64,000 nt of DNA. Origin: Hyphomicrobiales bacterium (lineage in GTDB: Bacteria > Pseudomonadota > Alphaproteobacteria > Rhizobiales > Beijerinckiaceae). The stretch lies in contig CANGSG010000001.1 of NCBI GenBank assembly GCA_947456435.1, forward strand, positions 207 through 64,206, written 5' to 3'. The notes below the pieces were generated by a model. It made no database searches, was not told the DNA's origin, and worked only from the letters and a program-made list of their open reading frames with translations. Every line of letters begins with the position of its first letter. Positions within the stretch are counted from its first letter, which is position 1. Shown one piece after another: positions 21,392 through 33,083 of this stretch. The translations under genes were made by a program, and so were the position numbers.

Positions 21392-22444
21392 TTATGATTC
21401 CGGTGACTCATTCGACGAAGAGGCGGTGTCATCATCACTTGATTTACGGCGCCGTGTTGGCTTACGCGCGGCTTCTTCGACAATACGTCTCATAATTCGC
21501 AAACGTTTTACACGACGCGGATCAGCATCAAGCACCTCGAATTCAAGATTTTCAAAACCCGTAATGATCTCTCCGCGAATAGGAACCCGGCCTGCCAAAA
21601 AGCCGACGAAACCACCAATAGTTTCAATTTCCTCAACTTCGTCATCGCGCGTGAAATCGACGCCGAGAGCCTCGCTTACTTCGGAGAGGCTTGCGCGACC
21701 ATCAACAATCATCGAGCCATCACTGCCTTTTACGATTGTCGCATTCTCTTCCAGATCATGTTCATCTTCGATTTCACCGACAACAATTTCAACAAGATCT
21801 TCAATCGAAACGAGGCCGTCTGTCCCGCCATATTCATCAATCACAAGCGCCATATGGGTGCGTGTCGATTGCATCTTCACCAGGAGATCAAGCGCCTGCA
21901 TTGACGGGGGCGCAAACAGTACGGGTCGTAAAATTTTTGCCGCTGACAAGGGCATCGAAAGATCAAGCCGGGCGAGATCAAGTTTCTCAACGGATAGTTT
22001 CCGACGCCGCGCGCCAGCATCTTGTTCGGCACGCTCGGAAATAAAATCAACGAAGTCACGCAAATGAATCATGCCGCGCGGATCGTCAAGCGTGTCGTTA
22101 TAAACAGGCAACCGTGAATGGCTTGCCGTTCTAAACACGCGCAATAGATCACCGAGTGATATCTCGAGGGGAACGGCAACGATATCGGCGCGCGGTACCA
22201 TCACGTCATTCACGCGCTTGGCGCGAAGCCCCAGGACATTCTTGAGCATCTCGCGCTCATGTTGAGAGAGTTCGGCGCCAACATCTGATTCAGCCAAAGC
22301 GTCCGCGATATCCTCGCGGATGGATGGCGCAGAGCGAAGACCGAAGACATTCAAGATACGTGACAATAGGCCAGGTCTAACGTCGTCAACGCCAATATTT
22401 GAATTTTCCAGTGATCTCGAATTCGAGGATGATTTCTCGCTCAC
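21392..22444 (-). CDS. HlyC/CorC family transporter-associated protein (CBS pair + CorC_HlyC domain)
   Basis: CBS domain pair and a C-terminal CorC/HlyC domain. Sits in the conserved ybeY-corC-lnt order. Confidence 0.85.
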   Translation of the reverse strand: MSEKSSSNSRSLENSNIGVDDVRPGLLSRILNVFGLRSAPSIREDIADALAESDVGAELSQHEREMLKNVLGLRAKRVNDVMVPRADIVAVPLEISLGDLLRVFRTASHSRLPVYNDTLDDPRGMIHLRDFVDFISERAEQDAGARRRKLSVEKLDLARLDLSMPLSAAKILRPVLFAPPSMQALDLLVKMQSTRTHMALVIDEYGGTDGLVSIEDLVEIVVGEIEDEHDLEENATIVKGSDGSMIVDGRASLSEVSEALGVDFTRDDEVEEIETIGGFVGFLAGRVPIRGEIITGFENLEFEVLDADPRRVKRLRIMRRIVEEAARKPTRRRKSSDDDTASSSNESPES

Positions 22445-22950
22445 AAAGGGCCTCCGGTCGCATCGACCATACGCACATCCTCATAGGGATTAGGAATATT
22501 CAATTCGGCGAGAAATTCAGCTTCAAGCGATTCCATAATCTCTGCGTCAGCGTCATTTTCATGGTCATAGCCCAGAAGATGCAAGAAACCATGAATGACA
22601 AGATGAGTGAAATGATCCGCCAAAGCTTTATTTTCAACTTCTGCTTCCCGTTTGACCGTTTCAAACGCGATTATGATGTCACCTAAGAAGAGTGTTGAGG
22701 CAATCTTCTCTCGACCCACGGAGGGAAAGGACAACACATTGGTGGGCTTATCTATTCCGCGCCACTCCTGATTGACGGACCGAATATGGTCATCGTCTGA
22801 GAGGAGAATCGAAAGCTCGACACCATCCCGGAATTTATCGCCGAGCTTGAGGCTAACGATATGGAGAGCCCGTTCGGCAATCGCCTCTGCGTCGGGAAAC
22901 TCATCCCAAAGCGCGCTCTCTTGTTCGATATCCGGACAAATCGTGTTCAT
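22441..22950 (-). CDS. ybeY: rRNA maturation endoribonuclease YbeY
   Basis: H.V.HGFLHLLGYDHE zinc motif. Start moved to ATG 22950 so that it no longer overlaps phoH. Confidence 0.9.
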   Translation of the reverse strand: MNTICPDIEQESALWDEFPDAEAIAERALHIVSLKLGDKFRDGVELSILLSDDDHIRSVNQEWRGIDKPTNVLSFPSVGREKIASTLFLGDIIIAFETVKREAEVENKALADHFTHLVIHGFLHLLGYDHENDADAEIMESLEAEFLAELNIPNPYEDVRMVDATGGPL

Positions 22951-22960
22951 TGAAATGAAC

Positions 22961-23998
22961 TTATTGCCCCTGAATATTGTCGCGGTCATAGGCCGTGACG
23001 ATGCGGCGGACGAGGTCGTGACGAACGACATCCGTATCAGCAAATTTAACCCGCGCGATGCCTTCAACGCCTGTCAAAATTCGACTGGCCTCGATAAGGC
23101 CTGACTTCTGCCCCGTAGGCAAATCGATTTGTGAGGGGTCACCCGTTACAATCATACGGGACCCTTCACCCAACCGCGTAAGAACCATTTTCATCTGCAT
23201 GGATGTGGTGTTTTGTGCTTCATCAAGCAAGACGATGGCGTTGGTCAATGTTCGCCCACGCATAAAGGCTAAAGGCGCGATCTCAATCATGCCGGTTTGA
23301 AGGCCCCGCTCAACATGACGTGCTTCCATGAAGTCATAGAGCGCGTCATAAATCGGGCGCAGATAGGGGTCGACCTTCTCGCGCATGTCTCCAGGGAGAA
23401 AGCCTAGACGCTCGCCCGCTTCGACTGCCGGACGTGAAAGAATAAGGCGCTCGACCAGGCCCTGTTCGATCAATTGAACGGCGTAGCCAACAGCAAGCCA
23501 GGTCTTACCCGTTCCCGCCGGTCCTTCAGCGAAAACGAGTTCATGCTCCTTCAGCGCTTTCAAATAAATATGCTGCGCAGCATTGCGGGCTTTGACGCGT
23601 TTTCGGCGTGTTACAATTTCATCAAAGGATAATTTTTCGGGCGTAACAGAGGGGCTGCCTGGAAATAGTGATCCTTGAGCAGCGGCTTCCTCAATCGCAC
23701 CATCGATATCGCCTTTTTGTATGACAAGACCAGCACGAACGCGCTCATTCATTTTTTCAAGAACGAAACGAGCCTGTTCGGCTTTTTCAGGAGCGCCCTT
23801 CAAAATCACCTGATTGCCATTGGCAACAGCCTGAATGCCCAAGCGTTGTTCGAGATGGGTAAGATTTTGATCAAAATGGCCAAAGACCAATCCGGCGACC
23901 CGGTTATCAGCGAGAGAGAGCCTTACATCGACCGTTTCAAGCAGTCCCTGTTTACGGGATATTTCGAGAAAACGCGCTGCGCCTTCGCTGCCTCTCAC
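22961..23998 (-). CDS. phoH: PhoH-like ATPase (YbeZ)
   Basis: GPAGTGKTWLAV Walker A and the PhoH C-terminal motifs, in the miaB-phoH-ybeY order. Confidence 0.9.
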   Translation of the reverse strand: MRGSEGAARFLEISRKQGLLETVDVRLSLADNRVAGLVFGHFDQNLTHLEQRLGIQAVANGNQVILKGAPEKAEQARFVLEKMNERVRAGLVIQKGDIDGAIEEAAAQGSLFPGSPSVTPEKLSFDEIVTRRKRVKARNAAQHIYLKALKEHELVFAEGPAGTGKTWLAVGYAVQLIEQGLVERLILSRPAVEAGERLGFLPGDMREKVDPYLRPIYDALYDFMEARHVERGLQTGMIEIAPLAFMRGRTLTNAIVLLDEAQNTTSMQMKMVLTRLGEGSRMIVTGDPSQIDLPTGQKSGLIEASRILTGVEGIARVKFADTDVVRHDLVRRIVTAYDRDNIQGQ

Positions 23999-24056
23999 CG
24001 GATGCTCCTGTTCGCCATGACCAGTTCTGCAAAAATCATTCTTGGTTGAAAATTAA

Positions 24057-25409
24057 TCACGCCAACGTACCCACAAGGCTATTCGTCACGCTATCGGTGA
24101 TTCGCACTTTTACAACACGACCAATGTAATCAGCCGGGGCGTCAAACGCTACTGCCAGAAGATGCGGCGATTTGCCGGCCATCTGCCCCGGATGTCGCCC
24201 TTTTCGTTCAACCAAGATATCGAGCGTCTTTCCAATCATACTGTCTTGGTGGTGCCTCTGTTGCTTGGCGATAAGGGCTTGAAGGACTTGAAGCCGGCGG
24301 TCTTTCACATCCTCGGGAACTTGATCCTCCATTTCCGCGGCCGGTGTTCCCGGTCTGATGCTGTATTTGAAGGAATAGGCGCTCGCGAAACCAACTTGAT
24401 CAATTAGGCTCAGAGTTGCTTGAAAATCTTCGTCAGTCTCACCCGGAAAGCCGACAATAAAGTCGGACGAGAAAACAATATCCGGTCTTTGCCCGCGCAT
24501 CAGGGCAATTGCATCGAGATAATCGCGCATCGTATGGCGTCGATTCATCGCGGCGAGAATTTTATCAGAGCCTGATTGAACAGGCAGATGAAGATAGGGC
24601 ATCACCTCAGGAATATCGCGATGCGCATTGGCAAGGCTCTCATCCATCTCAAGAGGATGGCTGGTCGTGTAACGGATACGCGCAATTTCTGAAATCTCGC
24701 TCACTCGTTTGAGCAATTGACCAAGCGATGTGGAACGGCCGTCTTCATCAAGACCGTGATAGGCATTCACATTTTGACCTAGGAGCGTCACTTCTCTGAT
24801 GCCGACATCAGCAAGTCTTTTGACTTCAGCAATGACGTCAGTGACGGGACGTGAATACTCACTGCCGCGCGTGTAAGGAACGACGCAAAAGGTACAAAAT
24901 TTATCACACCCTTCTTGAATTGTTACGAAAGCGGAAACGCCACGCGCTTTAGCGCGATCATGCGACGGAGAGGGCAGAGATTTGAATTTATCATCGACCG
25001 GAAAATCAGTATCGACGACACGCGCGCGACTTTTCTTTGCCAAAAGCTCAGGCAAATTTTGATAAGATTGCGGACCAATAACAAGATCAACGGCGGGCTC
25101 ACGCCTTATAATTTGTTTGCCTTCGGCCTGTGCAACACATCCCGCAACAACAATCTTGAAGTCTTGACCTGCGTTTTTGCGTTCGGCTTTTAACTCGCGC
25201 AAACGGCCAAGTTCCGAATATACTTTATCGGCTGCCTTCTCGCGAATATGGCAGGTGTTCAAAATGATAAGATCAGCATCATCGATGTTTTCGGTCGTCT
25301 GATAACCTTGACCATCAAGAATGTCTGTCATGCGCTCGGCATCATAGACATTCATCTGACAACCATAAGATTTCACCAAAACGCGTTTTGTTGCGGACGG
25401 GGTTGTCAT
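24057..25409 (-). CDS. miaB: tRNA-2-methylthio-N6-dimethylallyladenosine synthase
   Basis: [13 protein letters not shown]-terminal cluster, radical-SAM [11 protein letters not shown] motif, TRAM C-terminus. Confidence 0.95.
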   Translation of the reverse strand: MTTPSATKRVLVKSYGCQMNVYDAERMTDILDGQGYQTTENIDDADLIILNTCHIREKAADKVYSELGRLRELKAERKNAGQDFKIVVAGCVAQAEGKQIIRREPAVDLVIGPQSYQNLPELLAKKSRARVVDTDFPVDDKFKSLPSPSHDRAKARGVSAFVTIQEGCDKFCTFCVVPYTRGSEYSRPVTDVIAEVKRLADVGIREVTLLGQNVNAYHGLDEDGRSTSLGQLLKRVSEISEIARIRYTTSHPLEMDESLANAHRDIPEVMPYLHLPVQSGSDKILAAMNRRHTMRDYLDAIALMRGQRPDIVFSSDFIVGFPGETDEDFQATLSLIDQVGFASAYSFKYSIRPGTPAAEMEDQVPEDVKDRRLQVLQALIAKQQRHHQDSMIGKTLDILVERKGRHPGQMAGKSPHLLAVAFDAPADYIGRVVKVRITDSVTNSLVGTLA

Positions 25410-25511
25410 CGGGTGGTCTGGGTCTCGCTTTCAATCACAGAAAAAATGAACGCTGATAAAACGTTGCTTAGGCACTCTATAGTCGGAATTGATCGCTAAT
25501 AAAAACAAAAT

Positions 25512-26330
25512 TCATGAGACAGGCCACGATGGGGGCATATCGCGACCGCGGGCAAGGACGGCACGGGCCGCACGAATTTGTTGGCGTGCGGTCAACGCCA
25601 AGGCTTTGCGGTCCGTCATCGCTTCGGCATGAAACGGCTCCCCAAACCAGATGTCGATGACAATCGGGGCGCCCTTCAAGATACCCGCAAAATGCGGCAG
25701 AAGATCCATGTCGCCATACCAAGCAATGTCAGGTCCATCGAAACGACGCAGCGGCATACCGGCGCGGTTACGATAGAGAAGAGCGATAGGCTGGACGCTG
25801 ACTTGCTCTGCGACCATGTCCGTCGAAAGGGCGCCCAAGAGAGCAGACCTGAACTCAAGTACGCGGTTACCATCGCTCGTCGTGCCTTCCGCAAAAAGCA
25901 GGATCGCCTCTCCCCGATGAAACCTCTCGGCAACGGATGTCACGGCTGTCTTGGTGGCCATTTTCCGTGTTCGATCAACAAAAACGGTCTGCTGCAATTT
26001 CGCGAAAAGTCCAAAAATCGGCCAGCTCGCTACGTCAGCGCGCGCAATAAAGGAAAGCGGGAGTACGCTGCCGAGCGCCACGATATCGAGCCAAGAGACG
26101 TGATTCGAAAGAAAGAACCGAGGTCCCGAGGCGAGCGGTACGCCATGGACCCGAACCCGAAGTCCCATCATCCATGTGACAAAACGATGATACATGACAG
26201 GTAGCCGCCGCGCTGCGCGGAGCCGAACTTTTACCATAACCCATTGAATAGGAATAAGAATAAGCGTTACGGGGACAATTGCAGCGAGAAAGAGTGCGAT
26301 ACGGAATCGACCCAAGATCAAATGCAGCAT
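25512..26330 (-). CDS. lysophospholipid (1-acyl-sn-glycerol-3-phosphate) acyltransferase family protein
   Basis: NHVSWLD and FAEGTTS acyltransferase blocks with an N-terminal TM helix. Confidence 0.8.
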   Translation of the reverse strand: MLHLILGRFRIALFLAAIVPVTLILIPIQWVMVKVRLRAARRLPVMYHRFVTWMMGLRVRVHGVPLASGPRFFLSNHVSWLDIVALGSVLPLSFIARADVASWPIFGLFAKLQQTVFVDRTRKMATKTAVTSVAERFHRGEAILLFAEGTTSDGNRVLEFRSALLGALSTDMVAEQVSVQPIALLYRNRAGMPLRRFDGPDIAWYGDMDLLPHFAGILKGAPIVIDIWFGEPFHAEAMTDRKALALTARQQIRAARAVLARGRDMPPSWPVS

Positions 26331-26860
26331 CAGAGCTCAGCCAAAGATAGACGCATAACAAGCGCCAAAGCCGACGAGCCGTCAGGTCGACGATAATAGC
26401 CCGGTCTTTTACCAATCACTGAAAAGCCATGGGCTTCATAAAGCGCCCGCGCGGGGAGATTGGCGTCTTCGACCTCAAGAAAAAGCGTCGAAACGCCAGC
26501 GCTCGCCAAATGGGCAAGGTGGTGACTGAGCAAAACGCGGCTCCAGCCGCGTCCACGAACGGCCCGGGCGAGGATGATGGTGAGAATTTCAGCTTCATCG
26601 CCGGCGCGGCGGCTTAAAACAAAGCCATAAAGGCGATCCGGCCGAGAGGGGTCACACAAGACATCGGCTAGCACAGATCGATCTGCCAAAAAGCCTTCGA
26701 ACTCGGCCAATGACCAGGCATGAGAGAAGTCGCCCTGGGCGTGCAATGCTGCAAAATGTTGTGCATCTTTTTGCGCAGCATGACGCACAAAGGCCGAGGT
26801 CTTTTTGCGCAACATAAGTGCAGCAATTTTGCGCAAAAAACTTAGGGTGCGCTGCATCAT
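26330..26860 (-). CDS. rimI: ribosomal-protein-alanine N-acetyltransferase (GNAT)
   Basis: GNAT core (RGRGWSRVLL...LEV...N..A..LYE..GF) directly downstream of tsaB. Start set to ATG 26860 to avoid overlapping tsaB. Confidence 0.75.
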   Translation of the reverse strand: MMQRTLSFLRKIAALMLRKKTSAFVRHAAQKDAQHFAALHAQGDFSHAWSLAEFEGFLADRSVLADVLCDPSRPDRLYGFVLSRRAGDEAEILTIILARAVRGRGWSRVLLSHHLAHLASAGVSTLFLEVEDANLPARALYEAHGFSVIGKRPGYYRRPDGSSALALVMRLSLAEL

Positions 26861-26867
26861 GACATCC

Positions 26868-27551
26868 TCACCGCAGCGCGATCCGGCCATTTTGCTGCGG
26901 CACCGCATCGGGCGGCCGCAGATAAAGCGGAACGGGAAGGGCTTCATCCGGATTGGCAAAAGCGGCCAAACGCGCGACCCAGGCGCTATCGGGACCAGGC
27001 TGATCCACTTCGCAAACAACCGATGAGCGCGAATTCTGAGCCAAATCTGCAAAAAGTGAGGGGGCAGACCCAACAACCCGGGCCTTTTCCGACAGGATCA
27101 AAGCTTCAGCTTCAGCGTGAGCAATAATACAGGGCGGTACAAGGATCCGGCCATCAGCCGCAGAGATCTGAAGATAAACATGTTGGTGACGGGCATCGAT
27201 CACGCTCGCCACACTTCTCTCTCCTCCGCCATCCAAGAAAGGCGCGGCATAAGCCGAAAGTGTGGTGATCCCTACAAGGGGAAGAGATGTGGCCAAAGCC
27301 ATCGCACGCGCGGCTGATAAGCCGACCCTTAGACCGGTGAAACTTCCCGGCCCCACGGTTGTGGCGATACGCCCAAGCGACGAAAATCCTCCAGGGACCT
27401 CCGTCATCACACGATCAATTAAAGGCATCAGCGCTTCAGCGTGACCGCGATCCATCGGCAGACTTTCACGGGAGATCACCTGATCGGTTATGGTATCTAT
27501 AACGATCGCCGAGCAAAGACCGAGGGCCGTATCGACCGCCAAGATGCGCAC
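26868..27551 (-). CDS. tsaB: tRNA threonylcarbamoyladenosine biosynthesis protein TsaB
   Basis: MRILAVDTA...CS.A YeaZ-type N-terminus, 227 aa, paired with rimI. Confidence 0.9.
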   Translation of the reverse strand: MRILAVDTALGLCSAIVIDTITDQVISRESLPMDRGHAEALMPLIDRVMTEVPGGFSSLGRIATTVGPGSFTGLRVGLSAARAMALATSLPLVGITTLSAYAAPFLDGGGERSVASVIDARHQHVYLQISAADGRILVPPCIIAHAEAEALILSEKARVVGSAPSLFADLAQNSRSSVVCEVDQPGPDSAWVARLAAFANPDEALPVPLYLRPPDAVPQQNGRIALR

Positions 27552-27680
27552 GTGAAAAGTCTCCGCCGGAAAGGCACAAGATCGACCTCGCTTTTAGCAA
27601 GAAGGCCAAATTTGTAAATTTATTCGCGATCCCCCGAATAAGCGGGACTAAAAAGGCGAAGCTTTCCGGCCTTTGATCAA

Positions 27681-28253
27681 TTAAATGGCCTGAACTTCAC
27701 GAACATCGGGAAGAAAATGACGGAAGAGATTTTGGACGCCATTTTTCAGCGTGGCCGTCGATGACGGGCAGCCCGAGCAAGAGCCTTTCATCGCGAGATA
27801 AACGACACCGTCGCGAAAACCGCGGAAAACAATATCGCCCCCATCGCCCGCTACCGCCGGACGAATACGGGTCTCGAGCAATTCTTTGATCGTATCGACC
27901 GTCGCGCGGTCCGAAGCCTCAAAAAACTCATTTTCTGAGTCTTGCGCTTCAGAGACAACCATCGCCTCGTCACCCTCAATCAATGAGTCGCCGGAGAGAA
28001 AATGCTCCATGATCGCGCCGAGGATCGCGGGCTTCAAATGAGGCCATTCGCCATCTGATTTTGTAACTGTAATGAAATCATAGCCGAAGAAAACGCCGGA
28101 AACGCCCGAAACGGCGAATAGGCGGCGCGCCAAAGGGGAGCGCTCTGCCGCGTCACGATTGGTGATATCAAGCGTGCCCGTGGTCAACACGGACCGGCCA
28201 GGCAAGAATTTCAATGTTGAGGGATTGGGTGTGAATTCAGTCTGTATAAACAT
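27681..28253 (-). CDS. NifU/Nfu-type Fe-S cluster assembly protein (Nfu_N + NifU C-terminal domain)
   Basis: MFIQTE.TPNP.TLKF N-domain and a CxxC (GSCSGCPSS) C-domain. Confidence 0.85.
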   Translation of the reverse strand: MFIQTEFTPNPSTLKFLPGRSVLTTGTLDITNRDAAERSPLARRLFAVSGVSGVFFGYDFITVTKSDGEWPHLKPAILGAIMEHFLSGDSLIEGDEAMVVSEAQDSENEFFEASDRATVDTIKELLETRIRPAVAGDGGDIVFRGFRDGVVYLAMKGSCSGCPSSTATLKNGVQNLFRHFLPDVREVQAI

Positions 28254-28369
28254 AGAGCCCTCGCAACCGGTTCAAGGCCGGTGGATGGTTGATCGGAAAG
28301 GACAACCTAACACATAGGTCGAAAAGCGACCATGGCAAGTACCGCATCAAAGCGTAATAAAAACAACAC

Positions 28370-29407
28370 TCAGTGCCGGATAAAGCCGAGTATGTCCTTC
28401 ACGGCATCCATTGTTTTTCGGGCGATTGTTCCCGCGCGCTCCGACCCATCGGCGAGAACCGAATCGATATAGGCGGGGTCGCCCGTTAGCTTTTTCATTT
28501 CAGCGCCAATCGGGCCTAGACGAGCGACCGACAAATCTACAAGTGCCGATTTGAATGTCGAAAACTGCGCCCCACCAAATTCTTGGAGAACCGCCGATTT
28601 TGTTGTGCCGCTCAATGCCGCATAGATGCCGACAAGATTATCCGCCTCAGGCCTTGGCTTCAAACCTTCTTCTTCAGATGGCAAAGGCTCAGGATCAGTT
28701 TTAGCTTTGCGCACCTTTTGCGCAATCGCGTCGGCATCATCTGTCAAATTGATGCGCGAGTAATCAGAGGGATCCGATTTCGACATTTTCTTTGTGCCAT
28801 CGCGCAAACTCATAACCCGGGTTGCCGGACCTTGAATCAAAGGTTCGGGCAGCGGAAAGAAGGCCTCACCAAAGCCCGTTCGAGCGATTGACTCCGAAAA
28901 ATCATTATTAAACTTTTGCGCGATGTCACGCGACAATTCCAAATGTTGCTTTTGATCTTCGCCCACCGGAACATGTGTGGCGCGATAAACAAGAATGTCA
29001 GCCGCCATCAAAGCGGGATACGCATAAAGACCAACTGACGCGTTCTCGCGATCTTTACCTGCCTTCTCTTTGAATTGCGTCATGCGATTTAGCCAACCCA
29101 ATCGCGCAACGCAATTGAATACCCAAGCTAATTCCGCGTGCTCTGGAACTTGGCTTTGATTGAAAATGATATGCGCTTTCGGATCAATACCGCAGGCAAT
29201 AAACGCCGCTGTCACTTCTCGAATGCTTGATGTCAGCTGAACCGGATCTTGCGGAACTGTGATCGCGTGTAAATCGACGACGCAATAGATGCAGTCATGG
29301 CTCTTCTGAAGCTCAACAAATTTAACGATCGCACCAAGATAATTTCCAAGGTGCAAATTGCCAGTCGGCTGAACACCTGAAAAAACCAATTCCTTGAAGT
29401 GGGCCAT
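28370..29407 (-). CDS. trpS: tryptophan--tRNA ligase
   Basis: [17 protein letters not shown] (HIGH-type) and KMSKSDPS (KMSKS) motifs. Confidence 0.95.
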   Translation of the reverse strand: MAHFKELVFSGVQPTGNLHLGNYLGAIVKFVELQKSHDCIYCVVDLHAITVPQDPVQLTSSIREVTAAFIACGIDPKAHIIFNQSQVPEHAELAWVFNCVARLGWLNRMTQFKEKAGKDRENASVGLYAYPALMAADILVYRATHVPVGEDQKQHLELSRDIAQKFNNDFSESIARTGFGEAFFPLPEPLIQGPATRVMSLRDGTKKMSKSDPSDYSRINLTDDADAIAQKVRKAKTDPEPLPSEEEGLKPRPEADNLVGIYAALSGTTKSAVLQEFGGAQFSTFKSALVDLSVARLGPIGAEMKKLTGDPAYIDSVLADGSERAGTIARKTMDAVKDILGFIRH

Positions 29408-29488
29408 GTTCTTGGGCTTCCTGTCGATTAACCGCCCCGCTTATCGCAATCCCGAAACCGGAGTGCAAGAGGCGGTCGCGCCCGTCAC

Positions 29489-31018
29489 CTAACGAAAATC
29501 CCGCAATAATCCGAGAAAATGCATCATAAGTGCGTAAAGGCCAAAACCACCAATGCACAAAAGCGCCAGACCGCCCCAACGCAAATAGGCTAGCTGATCG
29601 GAAATCAGAAGAGGCAGCATCGCATTTCTTACAAGTAAAAGCGCCACAGCCAACAGTCCTGTGGCAAACAAGATTTTAAATATTTTTACTCTGAATTCAT
29701 GCCGGGGAACCCATCCGCTCACACCTGTTATCCCGGCTTGTTGAAGCGCCCAGACAAAGGCCTGCCCGATTGAGAAGGCCGCCGCAAAGCCGAATGGATT
29801 TTGTGAGAAGAAGCTCATTTGAACCAAAATCCAAATCAAAGCGCTTGATAGGAGTGCTGAGACTAAGGGGATACGAACACGTTCATAGGCAAAATAAAGT
29901 TGGGTTTGAACGCGCGCCATCGCCGCAAAAGGAAGTCCCATCACAAAGCCGGATAATGCCGCGGCGGTTTCTATGCGGTCCGTATTACCAAAAGCTCCTC
30001 GTTCAAACAAAACCGAAATGACGGGTTGAGCAAGAATAACTAAGGCAATGGTAGCCGGTAACGCGAGAGCGAGTGACAGAAACATCACACGATCAATCGA
30101 GCGATGAAGCGCTTGTCTGTCATTCTTGATTAGCCTTGATGCAAATTCTGGCAAAGCAATCGTTGCAAGACCAGAGGCAATAAAGCCAAAAGGTAACTGG
30201 GCTAACCGCTCCGCATAAGTCAGATAGGATATGGCTCCGGGGTTCTCTGAAGCGCGGTTGAGAAGAATTAAAATGCCGAATTGAGACCCAAATTGAATAA
30301 TGAAGTTCGGTGCTGCGAGAAGGATCATCGCCTTAAAATCATGAGTGAAAGAAAGCTTCTTAAATACTGATCCATCAATCCGACTTGCGATGGGAACAAG
30401 AAGGACAATAACCTGAAAAAATGCGACGGCGCTTGCAGCAAGCGAAAGAATTAATCCAACCGTTGAATAATTTGGCGAAGAAAAAACGTTAAAATATATC
30501 AAGAGCAATACGAGGGCGGCATTCACAAAGACGGGAACGATAGCTTGAAGAGTAAATCTCTTTTGAGAAATCAAAATTGCTGACAACAAACTTGTGAGTG
30601 TCGCTCCAAAAATTAATGGGGCTAGAGCTCTGAAATAGAGAACTGCCAAATCGAAACGATCCTGAGAAAGTCCGGGAGCTAGTATTCTTATAATTTCAAG
30701 CGCAAAAACCTCACTAAGAATGACCGCAATAATAGTGAGAAAGCTCACATAAAATAGGCTATCGCGGACGAGTGCGTGCTCACGTGACCCGTCCTTCTCA
30801 TTCATTATTCGCGTTGCGATAGGAACATAAGCTCCTGTCCAGCCCCCTTCTCCCATCAAACGTCTGACAAGATTAGGTATGCGGAGCGCCACGAAAAAGG
30901 CATCAGCGACCGGACCTGCTCCCAAAAGAGCGGCAAGAAGAACATCGCGGAGAAAGCCGAGAACCCGCGTGAGCGAGGTGACGCCCCCAATAAGCACCGT
31001 CAAGCGGAAATGATTCAT
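29489..31018 (-). CDS. murJ: lipid II flippase MurJ
   Basis: 509 aa polytopic MviN/MurJ-like protein (SRVLGF.RD......LGAG..ADAF) next to trpS, as in many Rhizobiales. Confidence 0.9.
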   Translation of the reverse strand: MNHFRLTVLIGGVTSLTRVLGFLRDVLLAALLGAGPVADAFFVALRIPNLVRRLMGEGGWTGAYVPIATRIMNEKDGSREHALVRDSLFYVSFLTIIAVILSEVFALEIIRILAPGLSQDRFDLAVLYFRALAPLIFGATLTSLLSAILISQKRFTLQAIVPVFVNAALVLLLIYFNVFSSPNYSTVGLILSLAASAVAFFQVIVLLVPIASRIDGSVFKKLSFTHDFKAMILLAAPNFIIQFGSQFGILILLNRASENPGAISYLTYAERLAQLPFGFIASGLATIALPEFASRLIKNDRQALHRSIDRVMFLSLALALPATIALVILAQPVISVLFERGAFGNTDRIETAAALSGFVMGLPFAAMARVQTQLYFAYERVRIPLVSALLSSALIWILVQMSFFSQNPFGFAAAFSIGQAFVWALQQAGITGVSGWVPRHEFRVKIFKILFATGLLAVALLLVRNAMLPLLISDQLAYLRWGGLALLCIGGFGLYALMMHFLGLLRDFR

Positions 31019-31036
31019 CGCTTTAGGGCAGTCCTG

Positions 31037-32341
31037 TTATAGAATAAACTTACTCAGATCAGCGTTACGCGAAAGATCACCAACGCTTTTTTCAACTTCA
31101 GACGCCGTTATTTTTACGACTGAACCAGATCGGTCAGGTGCCGAGAATGAGATATCATCAAGCACGCGTTCAATAACTGTTTGTAATCGTCTAGCACCAA
31201 TATTTTCGACACTTGAATTTACCTCGACGGCAATCTTGGCAATCGCATCGATAGCATCGGTTGAAAATTCAAGCGTGACATCTTCGGTTGAAAGAAGCGC
31301 GACCGATTGACGGATCAGACTCGCTTCCGTTTCTGTCAAAATACGGCGGAAATCCTCTTCTTTCAGAGATTGGAGCTCAACACGGATCGGCAATCTTCCT
31401 TGTAATTCCGGCAGAAGGTCAGAAGGCTTTGAAACATGAAACGCGCCTGAAGCAATAAAAAGAATATGATCTGTTTTGACAGCGCCATGCTTAGTCGAAA
31501 CGGTCGTGCCTTCGATTAAAGGCAAGAGATCACGCTGAACACCTTCACGCGAGACATCGGCGCCACCGCGTGACTCGCGCGCGCAAATTTTATCGATTTC
31601 ATCGAGAAACACGATGCCGTTATTTTCGACTTCTCTTATGGCTTCAGCGATAATGGCATCCTGATCGAAAAGTTTATCGCTCTCTTCGTTGACGAGAGGC
31701 TGGTAGGCATCTTCGACCGTCATGCGGCGGGGTTTGGACGTGCGGCCTAATTTTCCAAAAATATCGCCAATATTGATCGCGCCAACTTGGGTACCGGGAA
31801 CGCCAGGCACTTCGAACATCGGCATGCCCTGAGAGGAGCTTTGCAATTCAATCTCAATTTCCTTTTGCGCAAGCTCTCCCTCACGTAACTTTTTGCGGAA
31901 CGATTCTCGCGTTGTGGCACTCGCCGTCTGGCCCACAAGCGCGTCGAGCACGCGATCTTCAGCCGCAAGTTCGGCCCGCGCTCTGACATTTTTTCTTTTG
32001 GCCTCTTTCACAAGCGCAATACCAATCTCGACCAAATCACGAATGATCTGTTCGACATCTCGGCCAACATAGCCGACTTCAGTAAATTTGGTCGCTTCGA
32101 CTTTTAAAAAAGGAGCACTCGCGAGTTTGGCGAGGCGGCGAGCAATTTCAGTTTTGCCGCACCCGGTTGGGCCGATCATGAGAATATTTTTTGGCAAAAC
32201 TTCTTCACGCATCGGCCCTTGAAGCTTCAAACGTCGCCAGCGATTTCTCAAAGCAATGGCCACAGCACGTTTGGCATCCGATTGGCCAACAATAAAACGA
32301 TCTAATTCAGAAACAATTTCACGCGGTGACAAATCGGTCAT
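31037..32341 (-). CDS. hslU: ATP-dependent protease ATPase subunit HslU
   Basis: [53 protein letters not shown] 32341 overlaps the hslV stop (ATGA). Confidence 0.97.
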   Translation of the reverse strand: MTDLSPREIVSELDRFIVGQSDAKRAVAIALRNRWRRLKLQGPMREEVLPKNILMIGPTGCGKTEIARRLAKLASAPFLKVEATKFTEVGYVGRDVEQIIRDLVEIGIALVKEAKRKNVRARAELAAEDRVLDALVGQTASATTRESFRKKLREGELAQKEIEIELQSSSQGMPMFEVPGVPGTQVGAINIGDIFGKLGRTSKPRRMTVEDAYQPLVNEESDKLFDQDAIIAEAIREVENNGIVFLDEIDKICARESRGGADVSREGVQRDLLPLIEGTTVSTKHGAVKTDHILFIASGAFHVSKPSDLLPELQGRLPIRVELQSLKEEDFRRILTETEASLIRQSVALLSTEDVTLEFSTDAIDAIAKIAVEVNSSVENIGARRLQTVIERVLDDISFSAPDRSGSVVKITASEVEKSVGDLSRNADLSKFIL

Positions 32342-32898
32342 GGGCGCGCTCCGGAAGAAAGCCGTTCGATGGTCAGTGTACCATTCGTATAGACACAAAT
32401 TTCACCGGCGATCGTGAGGCTTTTTCTGACGATTGATTCAGCGTCAAGCTCGGTATCAATCAGCGCTCGGGCGGCCGCCAAAGCATAATTACCGCCTGAG
32501 CCAATACCCATCACGCCATTCTCGGGTTCGAGAACATCGCCGTTGCCCGAAAGAATAAGGCCAACTTTTTGGTCGGCAACCAACATCATCGCTTCGAGAC
32601 GTCTTAGATAGCGATCCGTCCGCCAATCTTTCGCGAGCTCAACTGAAGCGCGCATCAACTGTCCGGGATATTGCTCGAGCTTGGCTTCGAGCCGCTCAAA
32701 AAGTGTAAAGGCATCAGCCGTTGCACCCGCAAATCCGGCAATCACTTCCCCTTTACCAAGGCGGCGCACTTTTTTGGCGTTACCCTTGATCACGGTCGGG
32801 CCGAGGCTTACTTGGCCATCGCCTCCGATAACGACTTCGTCGCCTTTACGAACCATGAGAATAGTTGTGGCCCGCCACCGCCGATCTTCGTCTTGCAT
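32338..32898 (-). CDS. hslV: ATP-dependent protease subunit HslV
   Basis: [24 protein letters not shown]-terminal Thr protease signature. Confidence 0.97.
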   Translation of the reverse strand: MQDEDRRWRATTILMVRKGDEVVIGGDGQVSLGPTVIKGNAKKVRRLGKGEVIAGFAGATADAFTLFERLEAKLEQYPGQLMRASVELAKDWRTDRYLRRLEAMMLVADQKVGLILSGNGDVLEPENGVMGIGSGGNYALAAARALIDTELDAESIVRKSLTIAGEICVYTNGTLTIERLSSGARP

Positions 32899-33083
32899 CG
32901 CGCTCTAATCCTTAATTGGGGTCTTGGCTCTAGCCTCGTTTATATCATGCGCCAAGTCGGAAGCGTCCGGAGATCTCGCGCAAAAAAGCCGATCGGCCAA
33001 ACTATAAGTGGCGTGACAGGCGAGGCTTTGGCGGGTAGAGGCTTTGAAGAATAGTTCAGGGGGTCTCGCAAGGGACAAAAGTA

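Noticed and set aside
32899-33083. Heat-shock (sigma-32 type) promoter for hslVU
   Set aside because: CTTG-like and ATATAA-like elements are present on the minus strand, but their spacing does not fit either the E. coli or the alphaproteobacterial RpoH consensus as I remember it.
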